Shown piece by piece: positions 12,364-24,591 of a stretch of DNA of 64,000 bases. The stretch spans positions 132,241 to 196,240 of the forward strand of contig MNCI01000900.1 in assembly GCA_015680685.1 (NCBI GenBank). The letters are read 5' to 3'. A program made the position numbers and the translations under genes. The notes under the pieces are model-generated. The model had not been told where the DNA came from and made no database searches. It saw only the letters and a program-made list of their open reading frames with translations. This stretch comes from Gnetum montanum. Lineage: Eukaryota > Plantae > Gnetophyta. Position 1 is the first letter of the stretch. Every line of letters begins with the position of its first letter.

Positions 12364-13539
12364 AGGGGAGTGTCTTCCTTCCCTTCTCATTTTTCATAAA
12401 GTTTTTCTCAATATCTAGGAAAATAAGTTGTGAAAAATTGATTGGGAACTTCCTGCTTAGAGTAGCACATGCTTGGGTAGAAAAAGTCAAAACTTTACTG
12501 GGCCTCATTGTTAGGTTTGGGTGATAAGCTACAATTTTAAAGAATCCTCTATTTTCCTTTGTGAGGCAATGTACTTCTTGTGATCCATCTCATATCCTCA
12601 CTAAACCCACCCATTTTTAGCTTATGGATCCACTTGAATTGAAATCTTAGCAAGTTTGATTCTAGTGTCTAGCAACTTGAGGACCTTTGAAATGGCCTCA
12701 ACTAAGTAGGAGATAGTTATGTCTTTGATATTTGCTAATGCATATCCTTTTCGGTTGTTCTAGAAGAGATAGGTCTTCCCCATGTACCATTTTAGACTAT
12801 TAAAAAGAATGGCCCACATGGGAGACCCTTGTAGTTGTGTGTGGATCTCCTCCTGAGATAACTCTAGGAAGGATCCAAATTTCAACTCTTAAAAGATATA
12901 ATTTTTTGACTTCTTGGTCATGATCTTCTCCAAGTAGGTCTCTATGAGTGTGAGCTCTAGGCTAGGCCTTGGCCTAGGAACCTTACCCTAGCTAAACTAG
13001 CTAGTTTTCATAGTGAAAATCTATCAAATAGATTCCACCTTAGGCTCCTCCTAAAGGGATTTTTTTGCATGAGTCACCTTAGGTACTTGTTTATGGGATT
13101 ATTGTGGTTGTTGCTGTTGTTGACTCCTTCCTCCCATAGGTTTATTTTCCCTAAGCTGCAAAGGTTCTTTTGTTGTGATTCTTAGTTTGGTACCATCTAC
13201 AAACCTAGCATAATGCATGATTAGCTCTTTAGTTCATAATCATTATTCTTTAAATACATTTTCTACTTATATTTGGTTATGTTAATCATTTAAGGATTAT
13301 GTGATCATCATAAAAAATGTATTTTTTGGCCATGATATGAGGTAATGAGATGGTATATCAAGGAATGGAGAATGATGGTAGAGAGAGAATGGTGGGTAGA
13401 TGGTCTACATCTAGTCACATGAGATCCTTATGAATTTTGTAATTAGGATGATATGATACCATCACATTATTAGTTGATACCAATTCCACTCAACTTTTAG
13501 TGACATTAAATTGATACATATTTTTCATTCAATCATTAT

Positions 13540-16500
13540 GAGTCCATGACAATTCCCAAAGGACAATCACCACTCTAAGAAAAGAAGAAAAATGAAGAAG
13601 GAAGAAAGGAAGGACCTTCGTTAGAGGAGTACCTTTAGGCATGAGTAACATATCTTTCTAGCCTCATAACCAATTCTTGTAGTCCATTATTATGTCTAAG
13701 GGATGTGCATGGAAAGATATGCTTCCTATTTATTGGTTGACGATATGAGTGGTGATATACTAATGGAGAAAAAGTGTAAAACTCAAGAAAGAAGTGCGGA
13801 AGAAAATACAAGTTGCCTTGAGGTCATATCCTTTTCCATTTCTTCTTGATTTGTTCCAAGTTGGTTACGTAGCAAGATCATTGGTTACTTTTAGTTAAAA
13901 TGTGGAAGGATCTCATGCTCTCATGATGTAGAGCCTTTATAGAATAAATGGGATGGATGGATGCCATGGACTCACTACATGATATCATTAGAAAATTAAC
14001 AATTTTTAAATAGAAAATACAATATAGAGGTGAAAATTTAGCCATTTAGTAAACCAATAATAACATTAATGGCTACATAAATTAACTCCTAGTATTCCTA
14101 GTATTAACAATAGTAATGAAAATATCTAGGATTTTCTATAAGATAAAATAAGATATGATTAACCAAGAGGATAAGGAAAAAAAAGAAAGGAAAAATATAG
14201 AAAATAATTGACAAAATATTTAAGAAAATGGAAAACATATGAAAATTGTGTAAGAAAAAAAGGTGTAAAAATTAAATTATTCCTCACAAGGTATTGGTAT
14301 GGATGACAATCTCCTCCATGACTAAGTTGAAAGGAGGAGATTCAAAAAATAGAGTGTGCTTGTTCTTACTTTGAGGTATTATTATTTTTGGTTAAGCTAG
14401 GATTTAGGAATGACTTGACTTGTTGGATGTTAACCAACAAACGTTTTTTTGGATGCGATGATTGGTAAATGATCATGAAACTAGAAGAAAAGGTTTCATG
14501 AATAATGTAAGATTCTTCCTATAGCATTTGAAACTTAGTACATTGTTGTATGTGCATGGGGTTTTAGTAAAGGACCTATCTCTAGGTTGGAATTTAATTC
14601 TTCTTATCTGTACATCATGACATTATTTAGAGTGCATCTTATGAATTTCATTTATTTTTAGGGCTACTTGTTGTTTTTCATTTAGCATAGTTAGTATTAT
14701 TAAGTATTATTTTCGCACTAGACTAAGGTCAAGTTGAAGCTCACAAGCAGTTGATAGTATACAAAGCTCAACTTGGATTGGAAGTATTAGCAGTTTTTCG
14801 TATACCAACTTATAAGGAGAATAATCGATAGGAAGTTTCCAAGTTGATTGATAAGCCCAAAGAGGATTATTGAGTTTCATACTCTAGTCCTTCCTATATT
14901 GACTAATTGTTCATGTTATAATTATGGTTATCTTCCTATTAGTAATCTCATTTGTTCATCAACTTGGGGATGATAGGAGGTTGTGAGTTTATGTTGTACC
15001 CCCATGTGTTACATCAATTTGTAAAAAGTAGATCCACTAAAGTGAGTTTCATTATCTAAAATAAGTACCATTGGCACATGAAACCTATTTACCACATTTT
15101 GTTAAAAAAATCATGCTGTAGTGGAAGATGAATAGTCGGTGATAGTTGCAGTTTTAGCCCACTTTGTACAGTAGTCAACAATGATAATGATGTAATCCTT
15201 TTCATTTAACTTAGGAGTGATGGATCCCATGAAGTTAATGTCCTAGAGGTCATAGGGATCTAATGGTTGGATCCACTACTAAGGTCCTTCCATTCGGACC
15301 ATCATTTCTCCATCTCTTTGGTAGTGCTCACATGAATGGGAAAAATGATAGGCATCCTTGAAAATTATCAACCAAAATTACCTTGCCATGATGATCTTCA
15401 CAAATATCCTCCTTCCTACATAATGATCCCTACAAGGACCTTCATGAGCATCCTGGAGGATTCATAGATGATCAACATTAGGCACACATCATCATGTCAA
15501 GCCATTGACACAAACCTTATAAAGGTTTACTTGGATTTCCATGTAGTGTTTGACTCAGTGAAGAAACTATTGTTTCTTCTTGTTATCCCATTCTTGTGGA
15601 GTTCCCCAAGTGAGAAGATAGGAGAGAAATTCATTGTACCAATTGGTATCCTTAGGTTGTTAAACTTCAATGGACTTGTCAAAGAGGAGTTCATCTAAAA
15701 ATTGAGTGGATAAAGGCTTCTTAACCTTTTTTCTATCCCATCATAACTAAAATAAGTGATCAACAATCACATTCTTGGTTCTCTTCTTTTCCACCATTGT
15801 AGGATCAAAATCTTGCAAAATCACCAACCACTATATAACACAAGGTTTTACTATTGGATTATTCATCAAAAAATGGATGGCATTGTGCTCAGTATGTACA
15901 AAGATTTTATATCCAAGAAAATAGTTCTTAAAATTTTCCAAGGAGTATACCACTATCATGAGCTTTTACTCAGTGGTGATATAACTCAAGTATACACCCA
16001 CAATGCACCTGCTTTTATAATGGATGTAATATGAACAATTATGATCATCTAATTATGTAAGAAGTACCCTCAATGTGTATTTGGACACATTTTTCATGAT
16101 ATGGAATGATTTGGACTATTATGAAGCATGTAGAATTGGAGTTTTTACAATATTTTTCTTTAGCTACTGGAATTCTTGTTCATATTTCTTGGTCTAGTCA
16201 AATGATACATCCTTCTTTGTTAGCTCTACTAGCAATTTAGCAATTTTTGAAAATTTTTTGAGGAAGCACCTAGAGTAACCAATGTGTCCAAATAATGACC
16301 AGATATCTTTTACCATTTTAGGTTGTTTGGTAATTCCTTGGATGACCTATACCTTCTTGAGGTCCACCTTGATCTCTTTTAATGAAATTTTGTGTCCTAA
16401 AATAATGCCTTCTTGGACCATCAAATGGCTCTTTTGAAAATTGAGCCTTAAGTTAGTATTCACAAAATGTTTTAGCATTTGCTTCATTTGATTTAAGGCT

Positions 16501-17160
16501 TGCTCAAATTTGGTACCATAGGTGAAGAAGCCATCCATGAAGACTTCCATATCACTACTAATTTGCTACTAAAAAATGTTGAACAAAATGTTTGAAAGTA
16601 GCAAGGGCATTACAAAGGCCAAATGACATCTTTTTGTATTAAAAGCCTCCTAGGGACTTTTGAAGGTCCTTTTGGATTGATCTTTTGGTGCTATCTAGAT
16701 TTGGTTATAGCCACTATAACCATCTAAAAAACTATAGTAACCATGCCTTAAAATAGTATCCAACACTTGGTCTACAAATGATAATGAAAAATGATCTTTA
16801 AAAGTTTCCATGTTCAACAATTTGTAGTCTATGAAGATCCTCCATTTTCATCCTTAGTTGGTACAATTATGAATGGGCTAACCCACTCACTATCTGCAAT
16901 GGGATAAATGAATCCTACCTTAAGAAGTTGTGCAATTTCATGCTTAGCAACTTGCTTAAGATTTGAATTCAACCTTCTCTATAGCTACATTTTTTGTTTG
17001 ATGGAGAAGCCTATGTAGATCTAATATGCTGGCATATCTATGAATCTATCCCAATTTGTTCATGATATAACTAGGCAAAGGTTGTTGATCATTTGTTTAC
17101 CACTTTCAATAATTTTCCTTTTTGTGATTGAGCAAGGTTAGCATTGAAAATTACTGGCTT
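13540..17160 (-). mobile_element. pol: Athila-like Ty3/gypsy element B: decayed pol (RT-RNase H-integrase, about 17160 to 14430) plus 3' non-coding region
   Basis: ORF 16347-16550 (MEVFMDGFFTYG...LNFQKSHLMVQEGIILGHKIS) is an Athila-type RT segment. The integrase HHCC and core at 15450-14800 are homologous to 1-670. The 3' repeat motif occurs at 13630-13665. Confidence 0.88.
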
Positions 17161-17388
17161 GCCATTGTTAAGAATAGTTGTAAATTATATATATTACATA
17201 GATATAATATGCCATTGTTAAATTATATAATTATCTTTCCTTGGAAATTTCCAAGGAAAATGCATTTGGAAAGATAAAGAAAAAGCTATTTCCATGTAAT
17301 TTTCAGAGGAAAGATAATTATATAATTTAACAATGGCATATTATATCTATGTAATATATATAATTTACAACTATTGTTAACAATGGCA
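17160..17388. repeat. Near-perfect inverted repeat (82-bp arms) at the junction between element B and a LINE
   Basis: 17160-17241 is the reverse complement of 17307-17388 with one mismatch. A 24-bp perfect palindrome lies at 17236-17259. Confidence 0.95.
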
Positions 17389-17529
17389 TTTGGCAAGCTA
17401 GTAATTTAACAATGCCATTGTTAATTATATATAATTTTCAAGGCCATAATATTGAAAGTGTAATTATATTCCAAGGCCATTATATCTATGTAATTATATA
17501 ATTTAATCTAGTAGCTGATTTTGCAATCA

Positions 17530-20300
17530 AGGCCATAATATTTGCAAAGAGAAGCATGTTAAAAAAATAATTCATTCATTAACATATCATGATTAGAGGC
17601 ATTTTGCATTCATTCCTCTAATTCATCTATAAATATGCCAAAAATGGTAGGGAAAAAAGGACAGCCATGTTTAATTCCAATCAAGCTATTATAATCATTC
17701 ATTCTTTAGTAAGATTATCTTCAATAAGAATGTTAATCATTCCATAGATTATTTTAGTAGTAGATAGGATATCTGGTGGCATGTTAATGCTCTCTAATCT
17801 CTTCCAATGTTTATCTCGAGCAACATAATCATAAGCCTTGGAGAAATCAAGAAAACAAATAAAAGCTGTATGGTTGGGTCTTTTTGATTTCTCTACACAA
17901 TAATGTAAAGTTACTAGATGGTCTATCGTAGAATGATTACTCCTAAAGCTTGTTTGTGACTAAGCATGAAGACCTTGCATTTTTACCCATTAACTAATTT
18001 TATTCTCTAAAAAAGTACCCAAAAGCTTAATGAAAATCAAATTGATCTCAGTCAATCAATAATTACTAAGATCTATCCTATCTCCTTTTTTAAAAAGCAA
18101 GACTACTTGACTAAAATACCAAGAGTGATCCAAACCATTTTGAAGCCCTATATTAATAAGATTACAAGTTACTTTCCACATCAATGGACCACCTCATTTA
18201 AGAAGCTCTACATATAATTCATTAAAATCATCACATTTCCCAGAAGCTAATCTTTGAATTATTGTAGAAACATCATCAAAGGATAATTGAAGAATACTAG
18301 AGTTATCTTGCATAGTTGGAGAAGCCTCATGATTAAAAACATCATTGATAAAAAATTTGAAGAGTAAATAAGGAAAAATTTCAACTATGTTGTTGCTTTT
18401 CTTAGAATAAGTCTTAAACGCTATTTGGATTTGAGTGAAGCTCATGAATCATTCTATCTTGCTCATCTTTAATGAACTTCCATTTTTTAGAAGGAATAAG
18501 CTTTATATAATTATTTAGCATTGAAACATCAAAATGTGAAGGTATAACATCTATATGAGCTATCAAATAGTCCACATCAAACCAAGGTTTTTTATAAGTA
18601 AACTTCTCTTTAATTTGCACTTAAGGAGATATAGACAAAAGAACATTAGTTACATATAACTCATTATTATTATTGATTAACATATTAGCTAATATTATTT
18701 GAAAATCTTGATGAAGATCTTCTATGAGATAACGAGTTCTACATTTCTTGGAATGAATATGATGAATTGAAGTAAGAATAGTGAATTTCAGGTAATGATG
18801 AGAATACTATGGAAGTTTTTTCCCCACTTGAAATTTTTTCACTCCATCTAGATTATCATGAGTAGCCAACAAAAGATCAATGCAAAAATTACCTTGGTGC
18901 TTACTAAAACTAAAATGAGAGGAGGAAGAAATATGTTGATGTCATTAAATATTTAAAAATCAAAGGAATGACCCCATTCTAAGAAATTAATACCTATGAA
19001 TTATAATAGGATTAATAGATGATCTTTTATGAACTAAATAAATCTCTTTACTAAATTTTAACTAAGAATTCTAAACAAGCCTTTGAACTTGACTTTGTCT
19101 AACATGAGCATTAAAATTCCCACAAGAAAAAACTTGACTAAGGTTAAAGAATTCTGCAACATCTTGATCTAAGTAAAATGATGCTTTCATGAAAAATTAG
19201 TAGAATTATAGATAGAAGAATCCCTCAAAGAAAAATAACAAAAATCAATATAAAGAACCTTTTAAATGCCTTGAACTTGAACCCACAAAAATTGGTTATT
19301 ATCATCAACTTTGTACACCTTAATAAATTGATTTGTAGAATTCTTAATTAAATAAGAAATACCACTAGAAGATCTACCTCTCACCTTAGAACTCTTGTTT
19401 CTAATAGAAATGATAGCCTGGAATAGATAAAATTATAGGCTTTTCTTCTTTCCAAAATTTAGCAAAAATAAACAAATCAAAATCAGTAAACGAAATGACT
19501 AATACCTAAAGTAGCAACTTTATCAGCCAATGAATCTTTAACACTAAGGAAACCATATGTAATAGAAGAAAATTCCTATTTTGGGGGATTTTCCCTCTCT
19601 TTGGTGAATACAACATATTTATAGTTTAAGTAATTTTACCTTTGGCATGAGATTATTTCACTTTTTTCCATTCTTCTTACTCTTTTGCACTCTTTTTTGA
19701 TTAGGTCTTCATCAATCTAAATGTTTTGTCCTTTCAAGATACTTTTGTTACTCCAAACCTTATCTCTTCCATGCCAATAAGCAAACTTAATAATAATCTA
19801 CCAAGGTTTATCCCCCTTAGGACCAAGTTTACTTGCACTAATTATTGGGTAGAAGAAATGTGTATTTTTTTTGTAAACAAATATGGCATGACCTACAAAA
19901 GATCCTCATTCTATTCTTCAGAAATTCACATAATTCAAAGATTTTGAATTTTTTCACATTTTTCTTCATCTTCACACATTTTTCCAGTAACTGCTTCTAA
20001 ACCTAAGTGAGAAGTTATTATTTTTGACTCAAGAGAATCCAACTTTAATTGTAGATTATCCATATTTGTTTGAATTTTAGTTGCTTTGCATTTGACAATG
20101 AATCTTTTAACTCTATAGTGGTTAGAATCGTATGTACCATTTTGACTACGACTTCAACCATGGACTTACCAAAATTTCAATTTTTCATGTTCATTAACCT
20201 CTTTTTGAGTGTTTACACATAGGCTCAAACTAAGACTTCTTAAGTTTAAAAATAAACAAGTTACCATCATTTCAAATGGTGACCCTTAAAAAAGACCACA
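17530..20300 (-). mobile_element. Decayed non-LTR retrotransposon (ORF1 plus EN-RT ORF2), 3'-truncated; non-L1 type, possibly RTEX- or CR1/L2-like
   Basis: Minus-strand motifs: ORF1 KSILKGQNI*IDEDLIKKECKR (about 19700-19745); EN RGRSSSGISYL (about 19370); KKPWFD (18590); RT QTSFRSNHSTIDHLVTL..FICFLDFSKAYDYV (17960-17825) and GIKHGCP (17670). It ends at LLFA (about 17545). Confidence 0.8.
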
Positions 20301-20454
20301 TTAGCTCATTCTATAAATATAATCTCAAACTATATATTTTCATCAAAGGTCCATGAGTCCTCGATAATACATAAGACAAACTTTATGATACTATATGATG
20401 GAAACTACTTGCATCCTTAAGCCACTTAAAAGAAATGTTGATCCTAAAAATAAT

Positions 20455-20635
20455 GAGGTGTTAGCCTAGTAATAGGACTTTATTTGGAAACTCAATGTTA
20501 TGGGTTTGATTCTAATAAATATCATTGAATTATAAAGTTCTACTAAAGTTCTATGAAAATTTGATGATGATGATATATTGAGGAGCTACAAATGGTCTTT
20601 TAGTTTGGATTCTAACAACTAGCTTTCCTTATAAA
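20455..20635 (+). mobile_element. tRNA-derived SINE copy (family 1)
   Basis: Head GAGGTGTTAGCCTAGT...GGGTTTGATTC and tail TTTGGATTCTAACAAC, similar to 55218-55375. Confidence 0.65.
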
Positions 20636-21429
20636 TTGATATAATAAACTTGTACTTAATTAAGTTAATCCACCATTTAATCCTATGGTATTAAATATAG
20701 GATTGGATCTGGTTATTGAAGCATATAGTTTTTTACCAACTACTTACCATTCATTATTATTTGGTGTTAAAACTTTGTTAGTAGGGGCTAGAATTCTACT
20801 TTGCTTACTACACTCAATTAACATAGCATGTGGGTTTGGAGATGGAATTATTACCTTCCTTGTATTGATACCATTTTCCATATTTTCAAATTACTGCTTG
20901 AATCTTATTTGAAATTATTTTTGATGAAAATGTTTCCTTGGGACTTAAAAGTAGCTTTAATAGTTAGATTTTATCTTAATGTTCTTTTACACATTTTCAA
21001 CTAAGGTTTTTCTAAACTCATATTTGGCCAAAATTTTAGGGCATTGTGCTTGTAAATGATCTAATTATTTATACTAATAACATCTATGAGAAAAATTTAG
21101 ATAATATATCTTTTTAAAAATTGTTTTTTCATTGATTGAAATTCTCATAAATTTTGGAAATGTTTTTATTATGTCCAAAACACAAATCCTACAAGTAGGT
21201 TTTGAAAATTTTGAAAATGAATCCATCTCAATCACTTGGCTAAGTTTGGAAGCTAAAATATCAGCATAGAGTAAAAAGTGCTATTATGAGTTATAATTTT
21301 GAGAATAATTCCATCTTCATAATTTAGCTAAGTTTATCTATTTTGATTTTCAATTTTTTTTAGTTTTTTTAACAAAAGTGGTATTTCAACTAGTTTATGT
21401 TTATGCAAGTTATAGGTTCAATTTCAAGG

Positions 21430-22245
21430 GGTACATGAAGGAGGAAATTAGTATGATTGTAAAAAAATGCATTTAGGATCATAACATGAGTTATACAATC
21501 AATTATGGAAATAATCACACAATATCCTTAGCACATAGTTGAAGTCAAATGAAAAGTTATATCTAGAAGATAGGGAAGGACACTCTTATGGTTACAAAAG
21601 GGAATAAGTAAATTGAAAAGAAAGCGTAGTAATGTAGCAAGAAACTACAATAAAAAATTTAAAATAATAAGAATTTCTTTAGGAAGTGATAATAAAGTAG
21701 AAGATGAAAGAGAGGATGATATTGAGAAATAAAAAAGAAAAAAGAAAGAAAATGATAAATAAGAAGGTGCAAGGTTAGACATAGTGCTTTTGATACTTTT
21801 TATGAGAAGCTAAAAACTAATGATGATGAGAAAATAATTTACAAACTAGCTAGTACTTGAAAAAAAGAGGTGTAAATACTGGCTATAACAAATGAATCAA
21901 GTCAAACATTTAAAAAATTTTATTTTTAAATGATAAAATTTTACCTCCTTCCTTCCCCTCACCCAACCTCACTAACCAACATCCTCTCCCCCTTACTCCA
22001 AAATAAAGTTAATGACAATAAATTTATTGTACGAATTACTAGCTATATTTATGTCTTTGAAGTAAAAGATAGTTAGTATGAAGATGAAAATGGTAAATTA
22101 ACTAGACTAGATGATATCAATATAGAGGTATACAAGTTTATATAAGATATAGTAATAACTTAGTTAAGAAGTTTATTCAATAAGATCTAGGAGGATAAAC
22201 TGCTAGATGATTGAAGAAGAAGCACTATAGCACCCATATACTATT
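21430..22245 (+). mobile_element. Plant RTE LINE fragment (EN end to RT start), decayed
   Basis: AFDTFYEKLKT..IYKLA (21785-21855) and GKLTRLDDINIEVYK..LFNKI..RRSTIAPIY (22090-22240). Confidence 0.7.
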
Positions 22246-22469
22246 GAGCATAGTGTGAATGTGCTTATACCTCCTTCCATTCATTTTCATTTTATTTATT
22301 TAGATTTTTCTTGAGTGTTTGTTGTTTGGTTTGAGTCATGATAGATTAGAGTCATAAGAATTATTTGAACATCATGTTCCATGAGTCCTAGGTAATTAGA
22401 AGCTTTAATTTCATATTTGAAATGATAGGAAAGGCTAAGGTTGAATGCATTTCAATAAAAGATATTACC

Positions 22470-22640
22470 ATTATCATAGCGTTGTTCCAATAAAATGGGG
22501 TTAGTTACATGAGTTCTTTTTTTTTCATTTACCTCTATGAAGAGCTAGATCTTTGTTTATAGATAATTTCTTCACATTATCTTCAATCATTATTTTCCCT
22601 AATAACTATTACAATTTTATACTTAATGGTATCATAATCA
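22470..22640 (-). mobile_element. RTE LINE 3' end fragment
   Basis: Similar to the RTE 3' tails at 46632-46930 and 50585-50700. Confidence 0.6.
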
Positions 22641-23751
22641 AGAAAATCAAGAATGTTGAAATGGAAGCTTCTTACTTCCAACCATAACCTTGCAATATAA
22701 TGTAGAATTAGCAAATTCTTTGGGGTTGTATGATAGTGATACTATCTAATTGTCATTTCATAACAACATCTTTTCCATTCATATTAATGAAGAAGTTTTG
22801 GGCATGTTTTCTAGGATATCATTATAAATTTACCATATATTGATGTCCAAAGATTAAAAAGGAGATGACTACAAATTTTTTTAATCTTGAAGTAAAATTT
22901 TTAAAAACTCTGACTACTTAGGTAAATTCCCACCATTTGAAAGAGCCACTTCAAATGATTTCCTTAGCCTATAACTGCCTAATTGATTGTATTGACCATT
23001 GTACATCTATTTAGTGATCAATATTGAAGCTTATTTACTTTGTTAATCTATAGAAGATGAAATATAGTTAGGCAAGGTTTGTAGCAATCAAATTTCATAA
23101 GATAATTGCTAAATTACATAGTGATTAAAAATCCAATTTGATTTTGACCATCTTATTTGGGCTATTATATATATATTGACATGATTTGGAATACGTTAAT
23201 GCCCATCTTAAAATTGGATATTTAGTTCTTTTATTTGTTGCTATAGTTATGAATTTGAAACATAAGAAATTTATTTCTATGATGGTAGTAATTGCAAAAA
23301 TAATTATGATCATCGTAACTTCTTAAGTTATGAAAACATCGTGTAGCCTAAGGAGAAATTTTATAGCATCTACTATCGAAACATTTAATTCAAGTAGAAC
23401 CAAGTAAGACAAAGAGGATGTGGAAGTGAAGCATACAACTACTAATCTTAGTTGTTCTAATAAAAAATAGCCTACAATAGATCTTTCAAAGAAGTTGAAT
23501 AAAGAAGAGGAATAGCAAATAAGTTTCTAATTATTCCCCCTTTCTATTACAATAAAAAGATGAGTAGTTAGGAGTTTTTTGGAATCTCTATGGTTGATAT
23601 TCTTGTTCAAGGACATATATCAATAAAATTGTAAGTGAATTGGATTAGAGTATACCTTTACATGTGTGTATATAGCTTCATGACTAGTCATCATAAGGAT
23701 ATATATAAACTGGTAAAATTTTTTGTAATGAACATTGATAAACAACTAATA

Positions 23752-24591
23752 TGTTAACTGCAAAATTGCACCTATGATATCGATATCATAGATCTAATAT
23801 ATTTGGAGTTATTAGTACCTATCAATACCAGTTAACCATTGTACTTAATGCACCTTTTCCTTCCACAAATAGTGAGACCCTTTTAATTTATTTTTGTGAT
23901 TTTAGAGTTAGTCCATGAGTGGCTATAGTGTGATCTAGAGTAATTTTATAGATTTTTTATTTGAGTAAGATGTATCTAGATGCACTTCATGATTAGAAAT
24001 AAAGATCAAAATCATAATTAATCATTATAGCATCACTTAGCATAGATTTTACTTTCTATTGTTGTTTAATTTTTCAATATCATTTACATTTACATCATAA
24101 TTTATATTCCTAATACATGTTAATAACTTAGTGGAATAAGTATGACTAATTTTGAGCATAATGTATAATTTTTTGATAACTTAGTAGTAACACCATTTGG
24201 TTTGCCCAATAGCAAATTGCTTAGTAATTCTAGTGGTAATTATACCTACCCAAGATATGTACGGAAAGCCATGATTGAATGCTTATTACCATTAGGCTAT
24301 TTTAGCACTTATTCACATTGTTTCTTAGTTAATAATTTTAATATTCAATTTATCATGTTTTACTTTTGCATTACTACAATCGAACAACATCATGATATCA
24401 TATACCTCACTATGAATTAAAGTAAAAGCTTTGATCATTGTAAACTCCAATGAGAATACAATGATCAGTAATCTTAACATTAACCTTCTAGAGAACATAG
24501 TCTCATTCATGGATTATGATTAAGTTGCATGTAATGCTTATGTAATTTCTATGAATATGTATTGGGAACACTCATTACTCATCACTCATCA
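23752..24591 (+). repeat. 5' LTR of element C
   Basis: Ends ACTCATCA, carries the decayed ATGATATCGATATCAT motif near its start and matches 36520-36830. Confidence 0.7.
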
